The translations under genes were made by a program, and so were the position numbers. A stretch of DNA of 64,000 bases, taken from positions 96,001-160,000 of the forward strand of contig JAYQLI010000035.1 of assembly GCA_038143065.1 (NCBI GenBank). Reading direction: 5' to 3'. Below the pieces are notes generated by a model. That model saw only the letters and a list, made by a program, of their open reading frames with translations, was not told where the DNA came from and did not search any database. Positions 30,901 through 41,813 of this stretch are shown here, piece by piece (positions within the stretch are counted from its first letter, which is position 1; every line of letters begins with the position of its first letter). Source of the stretch: Rhodospirillales bacterium (GTDB taxonomy: Bacteria > Pseudomonadota > Alphaproteobacteria > Bin95).

Positions 30901-31314
30901 CTCTCTACCACCCGCCTCTAAAGACATTTCATCAAGTGAAAACATCGCACGATACTCTGCGCGATCAAGTCCCCCTAGCATCCCTATTAGTGGATCATGG
31001 TTCAGTGGCCTATCGTCAATGCCGACTAGATCGGCATGTCTACGTTTGACCCTGGCTAGTTCTATTTTGTCTTTTTTATGAAGGAAGCCTCCTTCTATCC
31101 TCATTACAGAATAATCATGCATAAACCCGTACGGACTTCGGTCTGGAATCCCAAACATCAAATCTAAGATTGCAGCAAATAGAGTGGATTTTCCTGCTTC
31201 ATTTGGGCCGTATATAAGATGAACGTCGGATCCCTTGTTTTTGGGATCTGGAAATTCCAGTTCGTAATCGGTGAACTTTCCAAAACGGACAAGATTAAGC
31301 CGTTCAATCCTCAT
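27939..31314 (-). CDS. yhaN: YhaN-family AAA/SMC-like coiled-coil ATPase, split into 4 ORFs by frameshifts
   Basis: N-terminal FGKFTD...YGPNEAGKST (Walker A), long coiled coils, C-terminal MSAGTRAQLYLALR (signature), PFIADD (Walker B), FDDNR, YLTHH. Confidence 0.87.
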
Positions 31315-32552
31315 TGCCTATCCTCATCCATGGTGGAGAGGCGCGCTAAAGCGTCCGCAATGCCGTCGAAAGCTAACTCCTCAGCTAGTTTCATTTGTTC
31401 CGTTTCTGAATCTCCAAGAGCGTCTCTTGCCTGAGGGGGGAGTAGCCTTACAAGATCATTAAGCATGTTGATTGCCTCCGCCTTCAGAGCAATCTCCGCA
31501 TTTTTCTGCTGCATTAGTTCGGCTATTCGAGAAATAGGACCTGATGGCGTTGAGGTGCTTTTGGAGATATCAATTTTCTCAATCCAAGCAACACTGCCAG
31601 AAGCTGAATTCAATTCCTCCAGAAAAAGGTCACTGTCGCGTCGAAGTTGCCAGGAAAGATTGTCGTTGGCTTCGATGTGAAGCCGGGCAATTAGGCGCTC
31701 TGAACAACACCCTTCCGCAGCATTTTTGAGAGCACTTTCAGCAGCTACACGGGCATCACTCCAACTTCCTGAGACAGTGATGTGAATTGGCATAAATGCA
31801 GTAGTAGCTAGAAACCGCTCTTCGATAGTTAAAGACTTATCGTTACCAACAGTGATGAGTGTTACAGATTTAGGGCCAGCTTCATTAATATGCCTGCCCT
31901 GAGGGATGCCTGGCATCACAACAAAGGGTTTCTCGGAATGAACTTGGCGCTTATGGATATGACCAAGAGCCCAATAATCGTAACCATGATCTATTAGTTC
32001 TTGAACAGAGCAGGGGGCATAAACATCATGCCCATCTGCACCCGCCAGACTTGTATGCAGCATCCCAATATTAACTGCATCATTTGTTGGGCTTGGATAT
32101 TTTCTTAGTAAATTTTCAGGGACATGCCGGTTGGGGAAACTAAGGCCATTGATAGTAATTGTGGGTCCATTTTGGTTCTCAATTACTAGCGTCTCAGCAG
32201 TTCTTGCTCCAAGATTTTTCACTTTTTCAGGTAAGTCTAGTTTGTCTGTTATTTTTGCTCGAGCGTCATGATTTCCTCGTATAATACAAACATATACGCC
32301 TGCTTCTGATAGTCTTCTGAGCTCTCCTGACAGAAAACCCGCAGTTTTAATGGAGGTCTGCTCTCCATCATAAAGATCCCCTGCGATCAAAAGAGCATCG
32401 ATATCTTCATCAAGACAAAGATTAACAATTTTTCGAAATGTTGATCGAGTTGCCGTTTCCACCTCTTCGGCGAGAGTTTGATTTCGCAGAGCTAGACTTT
32501 TAAGTGGAGAGTCTAGGTGAATGTCTGCAGTGTGAACGAATCGAAAGGCCAT
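31311..32552 (-). CDS. yhaO: YhaO-family Mre11/SbcD-like metallophosphoesterase nuclease
   Basis: FVHTADIHLDSP, AGDLYD, GNHD, LHT, YAPC, YWALGHIH, PGIPQGR. 4-nt overlap with yhaN. Confidence 0.9.
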   Translation of the reverse strand: MAFRFVHTADIHLDSPLKSLALRNQTLAEEVETATRSTFRKIVNLCLDEDIDALLIAGDLYDGEQTSIKTAGFLSGELRRLSEAGVYVCIIRGNHDARAKITDKLDLPEKVKNLGARTAETLVIENQNGPTITINGLSFPNRHVPENLLRKYPSPTNDAVNIGMLHTSLAGADGHDVYAPCSVQELIDHGYDYWALGHIHKRQVHSEKPFVVMPGIPQGRHINEAGPKSVTLITVGNDKSLTIEERFLATTAFMPIHITVSGSWSDARVAAESALKNAAEGCCSERLIARLHIEANDNLSWQLRRDSDLFLEELNSASGSVAWIEKIDISKSTSTPSGPISRIAELMQQKNAEIALKAEAINMLNDLVRLLPPQARDALGDSETEQMKLAEELAFDGIADALARLSTMDEDRQ

Positions 32553-32561
32553 GACTTAAGT

Positions 32562-33848
32562 TTATAGCGAATGCTCGATCCACGCTGCGTTTGGTAAAAG
32601 TTTATCGTCACTATGCAGAGGGCCTAAAACCTGTAGCCCAAGGGGAAGACCTTCCGGCGTCTTAAACACCGGTAAAGTCACGCACGGAAGATGTAATGGT
32701 GTCCAAATAGAGCCTATGGCTGCGGATCCTGTTGCTTCGATACCAATTGGTGCTGAACCTAATGTGCTAGCGGTCACGATCACATCTGTTTCATCAAATA
32801 GGGTAGGTATCATTGTCATCGCACTACGCATGAAATTTAAACTCTCAAAGTAGCGCTCAGGTGTGCAGTTAAGCCCATCCGCTATACGGCCTTTTCTTAG
32901 CTGAGGACTTATTTTTTCCCAGTGTATATCAATTTCAAATGCAAAATTTCTGGCAAATTCAAACGAGGAAATCCACCGATGCGCTTCAGGGAGATTTTTG
33001 AATTCGCTTGGTAATTCAATTTCCTTGACAGAGGCGCCCGCAACTCGCAATTGCTTAATAGCAGTCTCAATTTCTGATCTATAGAAACCATCTACTTCGT
33101 TCCACAAATGCGACCGGCAAAATGCAATTCGGGGAGGCTTAGGAGATATTTTAAAAGTGTTAGCCGGCCTGAGTAAAAGCAGGTCACGGACAAGCTGAAT
33201 GTCTTCCAAACTTCTAGTGATTAATCCAAGACGATCAAAAGTACCTGCCGCTTCTCTCACCCCGGACATTCGAAAATGACCCGTGGTAGGGTTGTAGCCA
33301 TGAACCCCACAAAATGCTGCTGGTCGGATTGTGGATTGAGTTGTCTGTGTTCCAAACGCTACTGGAACCATCCCTGCAGCAACTGCGGCTGCTGAGCCTG
33401 ACGATGACCCCCCGGGGGTTCTATTTGTATCAATTGGATTGCGTGTTTGGTTAGGAGTGAGGTTTGCAAACTCCGTTGTAACTGTTTTTCCCAGAAGTAC
33501 ACCGCCAGATCGTCTTGCAAGTGCAATACAACTTGCATCTGTCACAGGCTGGGCATTGGCATAAATTGCAGAGCCATAAGATGTTGGCATGTCATGGCTA
33601 TCTATTATGTCCTTTGCTGCAAAAGGAATGCCATGCAAAGCCCCTTTAGAAGAAAGTTGATCCAACTTTCGTGCTGTTTCTAGGGCGGATACATCAGCAA
33701 CATGAGCGAAGGCTTTAACTTCTTTATCAAGCTTATAAATTTGTTCTAGGCAATTTTGTAAAAGTGCTTCTGAAGTAAGTTCTCCACTTGCGATGGCTCG
33801 CGCGGCTTCTGAGGCAGTTAGGTTTGAAGGTTCCATTAAGCCAATCAT
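32562..33848 (-). CDS. Amidase signature family protein
   Basis: LHGIPFAAKDIID, GKTVTTEF, PGGSSSGSAAAVA, GTQTTQSTIRPA, GLPLGLQ. Confidence 0.9.
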   Translation of the reverse strand: MIGLMEPSNLTASEAARAIASGELTSEALLQNCLEQIYKLDKEVKAFAHVADVSALETARKLDQLSSKGALHGIPFAAKDIIDSHDMPTSYGSAIYANAQPVTDASCIALARRSGGVLLGKTVTTEFANLTPNQTRNPIDTNRTPGGSSSGSAAAVAAGMVPVAFGTQTTQSTIRPAAFCGVHGYNPTTGHFRMSGVREAAGTFDRLGLITRSLEDIQLVRDLLLLRPANTFKISPKPPRIAFCRSHLWNEVDGFYRSEIETAIKQLRVAGASVKEIELPSEFKNLPEAHRWISSFEFARNFAFEIDIHWEKISPQLRKGRIADGLNCTPERYFESLNFMRSAMTMIPTLFDETDVIVTASTLGSAPIGIEATGSAAIGSIWTPLHLPCVTLPVFKTPEGLPLGLQVLGPLHSDDKLLPNAAWIEHSL

Positions 33849-33913
33849 TTTTCAGGTTCTTAGGGTGTGGAGTGTTTCGCCAGTGCCTGGAAATCAGACA
33901 ATTCTGCTAGATA

Positions 33914-34492
33914 TTAGACCAAATCGAAATCAATGATACGGGCATCGATAGGATTGGTGTTTATTATTGCGTATGAAAGGCGACGGCCGTTGGTCATATC
34001 TCGAGCATCGCCAGTTGAACCCGGGTTTACCACGAGTGTACCATTAATTTCCTTCACAACTTGTCTATGAGTGTGCCCATATAAGACTACATCCGCATTC
34101 GTTTTCCCAAACTCACTTAGTTTAGGATGTTCTGGGATAATGTATGCACCGCGCGGTTCCCACGGTGTTGAATGGCAAAGGTGGGAGTCAATTCCATCCA
34201 ACTTCAATTGTTTTCGTAGAGGTTGAGCTGCTAGCCAGTCTGCAAGATTGTTATCTATTCCTGGTGCCGCTCGTGCACGAACTCCAGCGGGGCTAAAGAA
34301 TGCCTCTTCATGATTTCCTTGAATGACATGTGCACCTGAAGTTTTTAGGATTTCGACTACTTCGTTTGAGAAACGGTATTCGAATATTGAATCACCAAGG
34401 CAAAAAATTTCATCAACGTTGCCCATGAGTTTTATAGCCCGCTTTAAGGCTGGGGCATTGCAATGGATATCGGAAACCACACCGATACGCAT
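33914..34492 (-). CDS. YfcE/Vps29-like metallophosphoesterase
   Basis: SDIH, GD, GNHE, HS, GHTH, NPGS. Confidence 0.88.
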   Translation of the reverse strand: MRIGVVSDIHCNAPALKRAIKLMGNVDEIFCLGDSIFEYRFSNEVVEILKTSGAHVIQGNHEEAFFSPAGVRARAAPGIDNNLADWLAAQPLRKQLKLDGIDSHLCHSTPWEPRGAYIIPEHPKLSEFGKTNADVVLYGHTHRQVVKEINGTLVVNPGSTGDARDMTNGRRLSYAIINTNPIDARIIDFDLV

Positions 34493-34496
34493 AAGA

Positions 34497-34883
34497 CTAG
34501 GAAACCCTTATCTTTGGAAAAGTAGCTGCTTCAATTCTGTGGCCATCGGGATCAACAATGAATGCTGCGAAGTATGGTGTAAGTTCAGCCTTTCGAACAC
34601 CAGGTGGGCCATCGCAGATTCCCCCATTGTTCAGAGCGGCGGCATGAAATTCAGCAACTGCACTTTCAGATTGTGCTCTAAGACAAATATGATTTCCTGA
34701 ACCAGGTTCTTGTTGAGATGAGAATGGACGAAGATTTATCCAAAATTCTGGATATGTCTTCCCAAAACCAACTGCAGAGGGTCTGGTTATAAATTCTTTT
34801 AGGCCTAGAGGAGCTAAAACCTTCTTATAGAAGGTTTTGCTCACAGTAATGTCTCGAACCTGAATTGAAACGTGATCTATCAT
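34497..34883 (-). CDS. VOC/glyoxalase family protein
   Basis: MIDHVSI, HICL, GPPGVR, YFAAFIVDPDGHRIE. Confidence 0.88.
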   Translation of the reverse strand: MIDHVSIQVRDITVSKTFYKKVLAPLGLKEFITRPSAVGFGKTYPEFWINLRPFSSQQEPGSGNHICLRAQSESAVAEFHAAALNNGGICDGPPGVRKAELTPYFAAFIVDPDGHRIEAATFPKIRVS

Positions 34884-35019
34884 AAAAACAGTTTAAATCT
34901 TTGTTTCAAAAACCGGAAGTTAATCGGGACCGTTAAACGGTTAAGTCAAATTTCGATAATTCACCTTTACTTATTTTATTTTTTGCGTTCTGTTGAATTT
35001 GCTTGCAGAGCGCACCGTT

Positions 35020-37619
35020 TCAGGTTTTTAGCGCTTTCGTTGCAATCTCAAAAACATCCCTTGATACGCCTTGCGTAGATGCAATTTCTTCAAGAGCATT
35101 GCGCATTTTTGATTGCCTACCTTCATCCATCCGTCTCCAACGTCCAAGAGGTGCGAGCATCCTGGCTGCGGTCTGAGGATTAATTTGATCAAGTGTAAGT
35201 GTCATCTCCGTATGAAAAGCGTACCCAGATCCGTCTTCCCTATGAAATTCTATAGGATTGGCTGCAACAAAGCCTCCAATTAGCGCACGTGCTTTATTTG
35301 GGTTGGAAAGTGTAAATGTAGGATCGCGCATTGCCTGACGTATGTCAGACAGTGCGGATGGTATGGGAGCTGTCGCAACCAACGAAAACCATTTGTCCAA
35401 TACATGAGTTTGCCCGTCATAATCTTCTCGAAAATTCTGCAATGCGATATCTCGAGCTCTGCCTGGCATGTCATTTAGCGCGCTTAGAGCTGCTATTTTA
35501 TCCGTCATATTGGTTGCATTGGAAGTAGCTTCTAGAGCTCGGCTGTCTCCATTAGGGAGGCGAGACAAATATGCTAAAACTGTTCCGGAGAGAGCACGTT
35601 TGCCTGCGGCTATAGCTGAGGGATTGAAATCCCCAGAATCCTGCATGTCATTCCAGATCACCTCTAATCTTTTTGAGTTGGCCAAAGCCAGGGTATTTCT
35701 GAGTGTTTGCCGCGCTGAAAATATTGCATCGAAATTTGCGATAGTCATCGCTTCTGCAACAGTTTCAACGCTGGGAAGTGTCATTAACAAGCTTCGAAAT
35801 GCTGGATCAATGTTTGGATCTTTAAGAATCTGCTCCCAGGCAGCTAAGAAGTCAGATGGTATCTGCGGCGCCCGATTAGCTTCTAATTCTTCGACCATCT
35901 TTATCAATATATCTTGGGCGAATGCTTGACCTGCTTCCCAGCGATTGAAAGCATCTTTGTCATGGGCCATTCGAAAACTTCTGTCAGAGTCGGTTTCCCT
36001 ATCATCAATTTTAACAGGTGAAGTGAAAGATCTATTGATTGAAATTACTGGTGTTGTCTTTAGTCCTTCAAACGTCCAGCTCTGTTTTTCTTGGCTTAGA
36101 ATTAAGACCTTCGAAACGATATCTTTTCCATCGGGTCCAATCAGACCAACTTCAATAGGCATTTCCATTGGCTCTTTTTTAGATTGCCCGGGTGTTGGTG
36201 GTATTTTCTGATGGATTGTTAATTCAAATATTCCATCTTGAAAATTTTTGGTCACATGAAGTGTTGGTGTTCCGGATTGACTATACCACCTCCGGAAAAG
36301 AGAGAGATTTTTGCCGCTAGCATCGGCCATTGCATCGATGAAGTCATCGCAAGTAGCTGCCGTTCCATCATGTCGCTCGAAATAGAGGTCTATGCCCTTT
36401 CTAAAGTCTTCCCAGCCAATTAGGTGAGAGAGCATCCGAATGACCTCTGCCCCCTTCTCATAAACAGTAGCTGTATAAAAATTATTAATCTCGATATAGC
36501 TATCTGGTCGAATTGGATGGGCGAGGGGACCTGCATCTTCCGGAAATTGTCGAGCACGAAGTTGCCGAACATCCTGAATGCGCTGAACTGGCTCTGATCT
36601 CATGTCAGCAGAAAATTGCTGATCTCTGAAGACCGTTAGGCCTTCTTTTAGTGAAAGCTGGAACCAGTCACGGCAGGTTACTCGATTTCCAGTCCAATTA
36701 TGAAAGTATTCGTGGGCCACTACGCTTTCTATGAAAGAGTAGTCATTATCAGTCGCTGTTAATGGATTAGCTAAAATGTACTTGGCGTTGAAAATATTTA
36801 GACTTTTGTTTTCCATTGCTCCCATGTTGAAGTCTGAAATAGCTACGATGTTAAATTGATTTAGGTCATATTCGAGACCATAAACTTCCTCTTCCCAGGC
36901 CATTGAACGCTTCAACGCATCCATTGCGTAGTCGGTCTTATCGATTTGATCGTGTTCGGTCCAAATTGCGAGATCAACAAGCTTGCCAGACTTCGTTGTA
37001 AAAGTATCAGAGGTCTTTCCAAGGTCTCCAGCTACCAGAGCAAAAAGGTAGCTAGGTTTTTTATGTGGATCGCGCCAGCGTGCAAAATGACGACCATCGG
37101 ATAGATCACCTGATGCAATTAGATCGCCATTTGATAAAAGCACGGGCGCCTCTGCTTTAGGTGCACGTATTTCGACTTCGAAAGAGGCCATAACATCCGG
37201 CCGGTCTAAAAAATATGTAATGCGGCGGAAACCTTCAGCTTCACACTGGGTGCAATAAATGCCGTTGGATAGATAAAGACCTTCCAGACGGGTGTTCTCT
37301 TGTGGTGAAATTGCTACCCTTGTTGATAGTGTAAAATCATGAATGGGAGGGGATAGTAATGTAAGACCCTCGCTATCAACGACATAGTCGCTCTCTGGCA
37401 ATTGATCATCATCAACTGCAATCTCAAGCAAATTTAGGTCTTCCCCATCAAGCCTAAGTTGTTGACCAACACTTTCATTTTTCCATGGTTGGAACCTTAA
37501 TTTTGCGATTACCTCAGTTCCTGTTGGGGTTAGGTCAAACTCTAAGTTAACCGAAGATATGCCGTAGGAAGGGGGGTATAATCTTCACGACGAATTTCGA
37601 CTGGTGTTTCGGTACGCAT
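35020..37619 (-). CDS. pepN: Aminopeptidase N (M1), frameshift near 5' end (~37575)
   Basis: MRTETPVEIRREDY start, TQCEAEGFRRIT, GAMENK, HEYFH...E zinc motif, NNFYTATVYEKGAEV, NPNKARAL. Confidence 0.96.
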
Positions 37620-37759
37620 AGCTAAATTTCCTTAGCAGCTGATATTGAATTTGACGTTGAACCGCTCATGGAAGGCTTTCTGCATTAAAAGTCACAGGTC
37701 GCCTTAATTTTATTCAAAAGGGAGATGCCTTGAGCTAGGAGAACACTTCTTAAGTACAC

Positions 37760-38452
37760 TTAGCTAACCAATGTTAGAAAACGATAAATTTCGTCAAGTT
37801 CTGCTTTTCTGTAACTGAGACGAAGTTGAGCCTCAGCGTCTTCACCCCATTCTTGTAGCTGAAACTGGTCATCAATGTGTGCGGCTAGAAAAGCATCTGT
37901 CGCGTCAATCGCGTAATTTGTCATTGCAAGAGCTATAACTACAGAGCCTGTAAGATCGGCTACTGAGTGAGCTGATGTAAGACGGAAATTATCCAGAGAT
38001 CTAAGAGCTTCAACTACACAGGAAGTGGTTTCTTTCGGCTGTTCAACTGGCATGATGCCATCTGTGATAACGAAGTGCTTTCCGTAATGACCTTTAAACC
38101 AGTCAAGTAGGGGATCCCAGCTAGAGCTTTGACGTTTTTTAAGAGCTTCTGGTGCCGCTGCGCGGTAACAGAGTAAATCGGTCTCTGCAAATTTTGCTGT
38201 GGCCTGAATGAAGTGCTCTGAATCAGGTGCCACTCGGTCGCAGGCGGCATAGGCTAAAGCCGTCATGGGCATTTCGGTAATTTCAAGTTTCTCAGCTTGT
38301 CCGTTCCATTCTGCCGCCGAAGCCTCGGCCAAAGCTAATGTTGGGAATTTTAGTAAATTGCGGTTTGGAGTGCGCACTGGTTTGCCGTCTAGGTGTACCT
38401 CGTACTCTTCATCGCTCAGGTGAGTAGAGGCAGATTTGTAAAAACGTTTCAT
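37760..38452 (-). CDS. ATP12 family chaperone
   Basis: MKRFYK, LDGKPVRTP, EW, TDLLCYRA, WDPLL, WGEDAEA. Confidence 0.92.
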   Translation of the reverse strand: MKRFYKSASTHLSDEEYEVHLDGKPVRTPNRNLLKFPTLALAEASAAEWNGQAEKLEITEMPMTALAYAACDRVAPDSEHFIQATAKFAETDLLCYRAAAPEALKKRQSSSWDPLLDWFKGHYGKHFVITDGIMPVEQPKETTSCVVEALRSLDNFRLTSAHSVADLTGSVVIALAMTNYAIDATDAFLAAHIDDQFQLQEWGEDAEAQLRLSYRKAELDEIYRFLTLVS

Positions 38453-38454
38453 CC

Positions 38455-39123
38455 TCAGCACCCCAAAATTTTAATCACTGCCGAAGGAGCTTGCTCGTAT
38501 GAGTTTATGATCTCGGCGGCGCCATAGATCTTTAATTCTTCTGGTGGGTGGTAGCCCCAGGCAACACCAATTGATGAAACTCCCGCTGCTTTCGCCATTG
38601 CCATATCATGGCTCGTATCTCCAAGCATTATCGTACAATCATCAGAGGCACCTAGTTCTGCCATAACATCTAGAAGAATTTTCGGGTTCGGCTTGCTTGG
38701 ACCATCGTCCGCTGTTTTTAAAACTGCAAAGCGATCCCGGAGGTTGTGGCGCTCCAGCGTAAGCTCGAGACCTCTTCGTCCTTTACCTGTTGCGATTGCT
38801 AAAAGAATTCCAGCTTCTGCAATTTTGTCTAGGGCATTCACAGCACCGGGAAACAATGGTTCCTCGTATTCCGGATCTGTTAGCAGACTTCTATAAGAAT
38901 CACGAAAGTTCTCGGTAAGCCGTAAGAGTTGTTCAGGATCAGTTTCTTCAGGAGCTACAGCAGCTACTGCGTTAGGTAGAGCAAGTCCAACTGAACGCCG
39001 GGTAGCAGCAGCCGAGGGAGGCGATAGGCCTATATCTTCGAATGCCATTTCCATCGCTCTAATTATGCGGCGCTGGCTATCAACGAGAGTGCCATCGCAG
39101 TCAAACACTGCAAGGTAGGTCAT
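38455..39123 (-). CDS. HAD-IA family hydrolase (phosphoglycolate phosphatase-like)
   Basis: FDCDGTLVD, ATGK, SKP, GDTSHD, WGYH. Confidence 0.9.
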   Translation of the reverse strand: MTYLAVFDCDGTLVDSQRRIIRAMEMAFEDIGLSPPSAAATRRSVGLALPNAVAAVAPEETDPEQLLRLTENFRDSYRSLLTDPEYEEPLFPGAVNALDKIAEAGILLAIATGKGRRGLELTLERHNLRDRFAVLKTADDGPSKPNPKILLDVMAELGASDDCTIMLGDTSHDMAMAKAAGVSSIGVAWGYHPPEELKIYGAAEIINSYEQAPSAVIKILGC

Positions 39124-40117
39124 CGACCTGCCTCAATAAAAGGATCTCGCAGCTCGGATGGGTTAAAATTAAAGGTCAATAAAGCCTCAGTGAAGGCTTT
39201 AGGCGGGTCAGCCTCTATAAATAAACGTCCTTTGCCACATGGGTGGGGTAGATCCAAACTACGCGCATGAAGAAGCATGCCGCGCGGTAGTGACATCCCT
39301 GGTAATATAGACTTCTCACCGCCATATTTTCCGTCTCCCAATATAGGATGGCCAATTGCGGCCATGTGTGCTCTCAGCTGATGGGTGCGACCTGTTAAGG
39401 GCATCATCGCTACCAAACTGGCAAAGCGGCCAGCCTTTTCTAGAACGGCGTAGTCGGTTGATGCTTTATCTCCACGTTCTTGGTCATCCCAGACCATGCG
39501 CTCAGAACCCCGAGAACCCGCTTTTTTGAGTGCCAGATCTATACGTCCACGCTCCACTTTGGGTACCCCGGCGATTATTGCCCAATATACCTTTCTCGCT
39601 GACCGGTCTCTGAAAGATTTAGCCAGAGATGCTGCAGATTTACTGGTTTTGGCTAATAGCAAAACGCCGGATGTATCCCGATCCAACCTATGTACCAGTT
39701 TGGGACGCTCATGATCATCGGCTAGCGCAGCCATTAACCCGTCCACATGTCTTGAGGTGCCAGTACCGCCCTGGCTAGCTAATCCAGACGGCTTATTGAT
39801 GGCAACCGCCATGATATCTTCATAAATGATACTTGCCTGTATCATCGCGAGATCTTCAGGATTAGCTGTGATCTTTTTAGGCTTCGGAATTCGGCTGTTC
39901 TCGTTTGTATCCAGTCCCATCGGGGGACACGCACATTCTGACCTGATAACAACCTATCAGCTGTTTTTACTCTTTTTCCATCGACACGAATTTGGCCCGT
40001 TCTCGTCAACTTCTGCAGCCGGCTATGAGGCAAGTTAGGAAAGTGTTTCTTAAACCATCGATCTAGACGAAGGCCATCTTCATCAGCCGACACACTCTTG
40101 TTTTCGACACCAGTCAC
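39120..40117 (-). CDS. RluC-like pseudouridine synthase with S4 domain, frameshift ~39922
   Basis: RLDRW...GQIRVDG (S4), then NKPSG, HRLDRDTSG, TGRTHQLRAH, PILGDGKY. Confidence 0.9.
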
Positions 40118-40503
40118 GTGAGCCCCCGCAGTAATTTTTCGCCAATTACAAATCCGGTAAGGCCCAATGCCACAGATAGAAAGATATACACAGCAAATTG
40201 TATGGTCTCACCTCTTTGCCAGAGGCTTATGGCTTCGAGGGAAAAACTGGAGAAAGTGGTAAAACCACCCAACACACCAACACCTATAAGTAATCGAATT
40301 TGCTCGGCTTCTTTGCTGTCACCGATTAATCCCATCGCGGCAGCCCCAACTAATGCACCCATTAGAAGAGAGCCCGTCAAATTGCAAAGCATTGTGCCCC
40401 ATGGAAAGCCGAACCCAAATATCTTTGAGGCGGCAAGACCAAAACCATAACGGAGCCCCGCGCCTAGGCTTCCCCCTATCATTACAAGTAGCAAAGCTTT
40501 CAC
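40114..40503 (-). CDS. crcB: Fluoride channel FluC/CrcB
   Basis: GGSLGAGLRY, FPWGT, N, GGFTTFSSF. Confidence 0.94.
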   Translation of the reverse strand: MKALLLVMIGGSLGAGLRYGFGLAASKIFGFGFPWGTMLCNLTGSLLMGALVGAAAMGLIGDSKEAEQIRLLIGVGVLGGFTTFSSFSLEAISLWQRGETIQFAVYIFLSVALGLTGFVIGEKLLRGLT

Positions 40504-41813
40504 TTGTCTTTATCTTCTCTTTTATCTCGGAGTTTGGCCCAGTAAGAAAGACGCTTTATTGCCTCCCGTTCGAAGCCACGCTCTACCGGTTTATAGAAAA
40601 CCGCGCGTTCCATTCCATCGGGGAAATAGTTCTGTCCCGAAAAGCCTTCCTCTTGGTTGTGATCGTAGGCATACCCCTCGGAGTAACCTAGCTCCTCTAG
40701 AAGTTTTGTAGGAGCATTTAATATATGTTTAGGAGGCATCAGTGAACCGTTAGCCTTGGCTGCTTGCATCGCAGCATTAAAGGCTGTGTATATCGCATTC
40801 GATTTAGGGGCTAGAGCTAAATAAACCACGGCTTCAGCGAGTGCTAACTCTCCCTCCGGTGAGCCAAGGCGTTCGTAATGTTCCCAAGCCGCAAGTGCTA
40901 AAGGCAAAGCTTGTGGGTCTGCAAGGCCTATATCTTCTGCAGCAAATCTAGCTATGCGACGAGCAATATACTTGGGATCTTCGCCACCAGATAACATACG
41001 AGCCAGCCAATACAGAGCAGCGTCCGGGTCTGAGCCTCGCATAGATTTATGTAAAGCTGAGATAAGATTGTAATGGCTTTCTTGAGCTTTGTCGTAGACG
41101 GGGGATCGTTTTTGTATCACTCGACTGAGGCCAGCACTATCTAGTATCGGCGTGCTTGGGAGGTAAATCAGTTCCTCAACAAGGTTGAGGAGGTAACGCC
41201 CATCGCCATCTGCTAATTCTTTCAAAGATTTTCGGGCGCTTGTGTCAATTGGTAATGGAGATTTTGAAACATCTTCTGCTTTTGAGATTAATGTTTCCAA
41301 AGCTTTGTCGGAAAGCCGCGATAATACCAAGACTTGGCATCTTGAGAGTAATGCCGCGTTCAATTCGAATGATGGGTTTTCTGTGGTTGCCCCGACCAAT
41401 ACAACGATGCCCTCCTCCACAACAGGTAAGAAAGCGTCCTGTTGGGAACGATTAAATCGGTGTATTTCGTCTACAAATAAAAGTGTGCCACGACCTAACT
41501 CTCTACGACTACGGGCGTCATCAAAAGCTTTTCTCAGGTCAGCAACACCTGAAAAAACAGCGGAAAGGGATACAAACTCAAGATCTGTCTCTACCGCTAG
41601 CAAGCGAGCGATTGTTGTCTTTCCGCAACCTGGTGGCCCCCAAAAAATCAGAGAGGCTAGCCTCCCATTTTTTAGCATTCTGGTTAGAGGCGCGTTCTCT
41701 CCCAATAAGTCATCCTGACCAACGACCTCGGATAAAGATTTAGGTCTTAGTCGTTCTGCAAGTGGTTTTGTGCTTGCTCCAGCTATTCCGGCAGCTTCGA
41801 AGAGATTAGACAC
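40500..41813 (-). CDS. rarA: Replication-associated recombination protein A (MgsA)
   Basis: PLAERLRP, GPPGCGKTT, DEIHRF, GATTENP, ISALHKSMRGSD, EDIGLAD, PKSN. Confidence 0.96.
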   Translation of the reverse strand: MSNLFEAAGIAGASTKPLAERLRPKSLSEVVGQDDLLGENAPLTRMLKNGRLASLIFWGPPGCGKTTIARLLAVETDLEFVSLSAVFSGVADLRKAFDDARSRRELGRGTLLFVDEIHRFNRSQQDAFLPVVEEGIVVLVGATTENPSFELNAALLSRCQVLVLSRLSDKALETLISKAEDVSKSPLPIDTSARKSLKELADGDGRYLLNLVEELIYLPSTPILDSAGLSRVIQKRSPVYDKAQESHYNLISALHKSMRGSDPDAALYWLARMLSGGEDPKYIARRIARFAAEDIGLADPQALPLALAAWEHYERLGSPEGELALAEAVVYLALAPKSNAIYTAFNAAMQAAKANGSLMPPKHILNAPTKLLEELGYSEGYAYDHNQEEGFSGQNYFPDGMERAVFYKPVERGFEREAIKRLSYWAKLRDKREDKDK

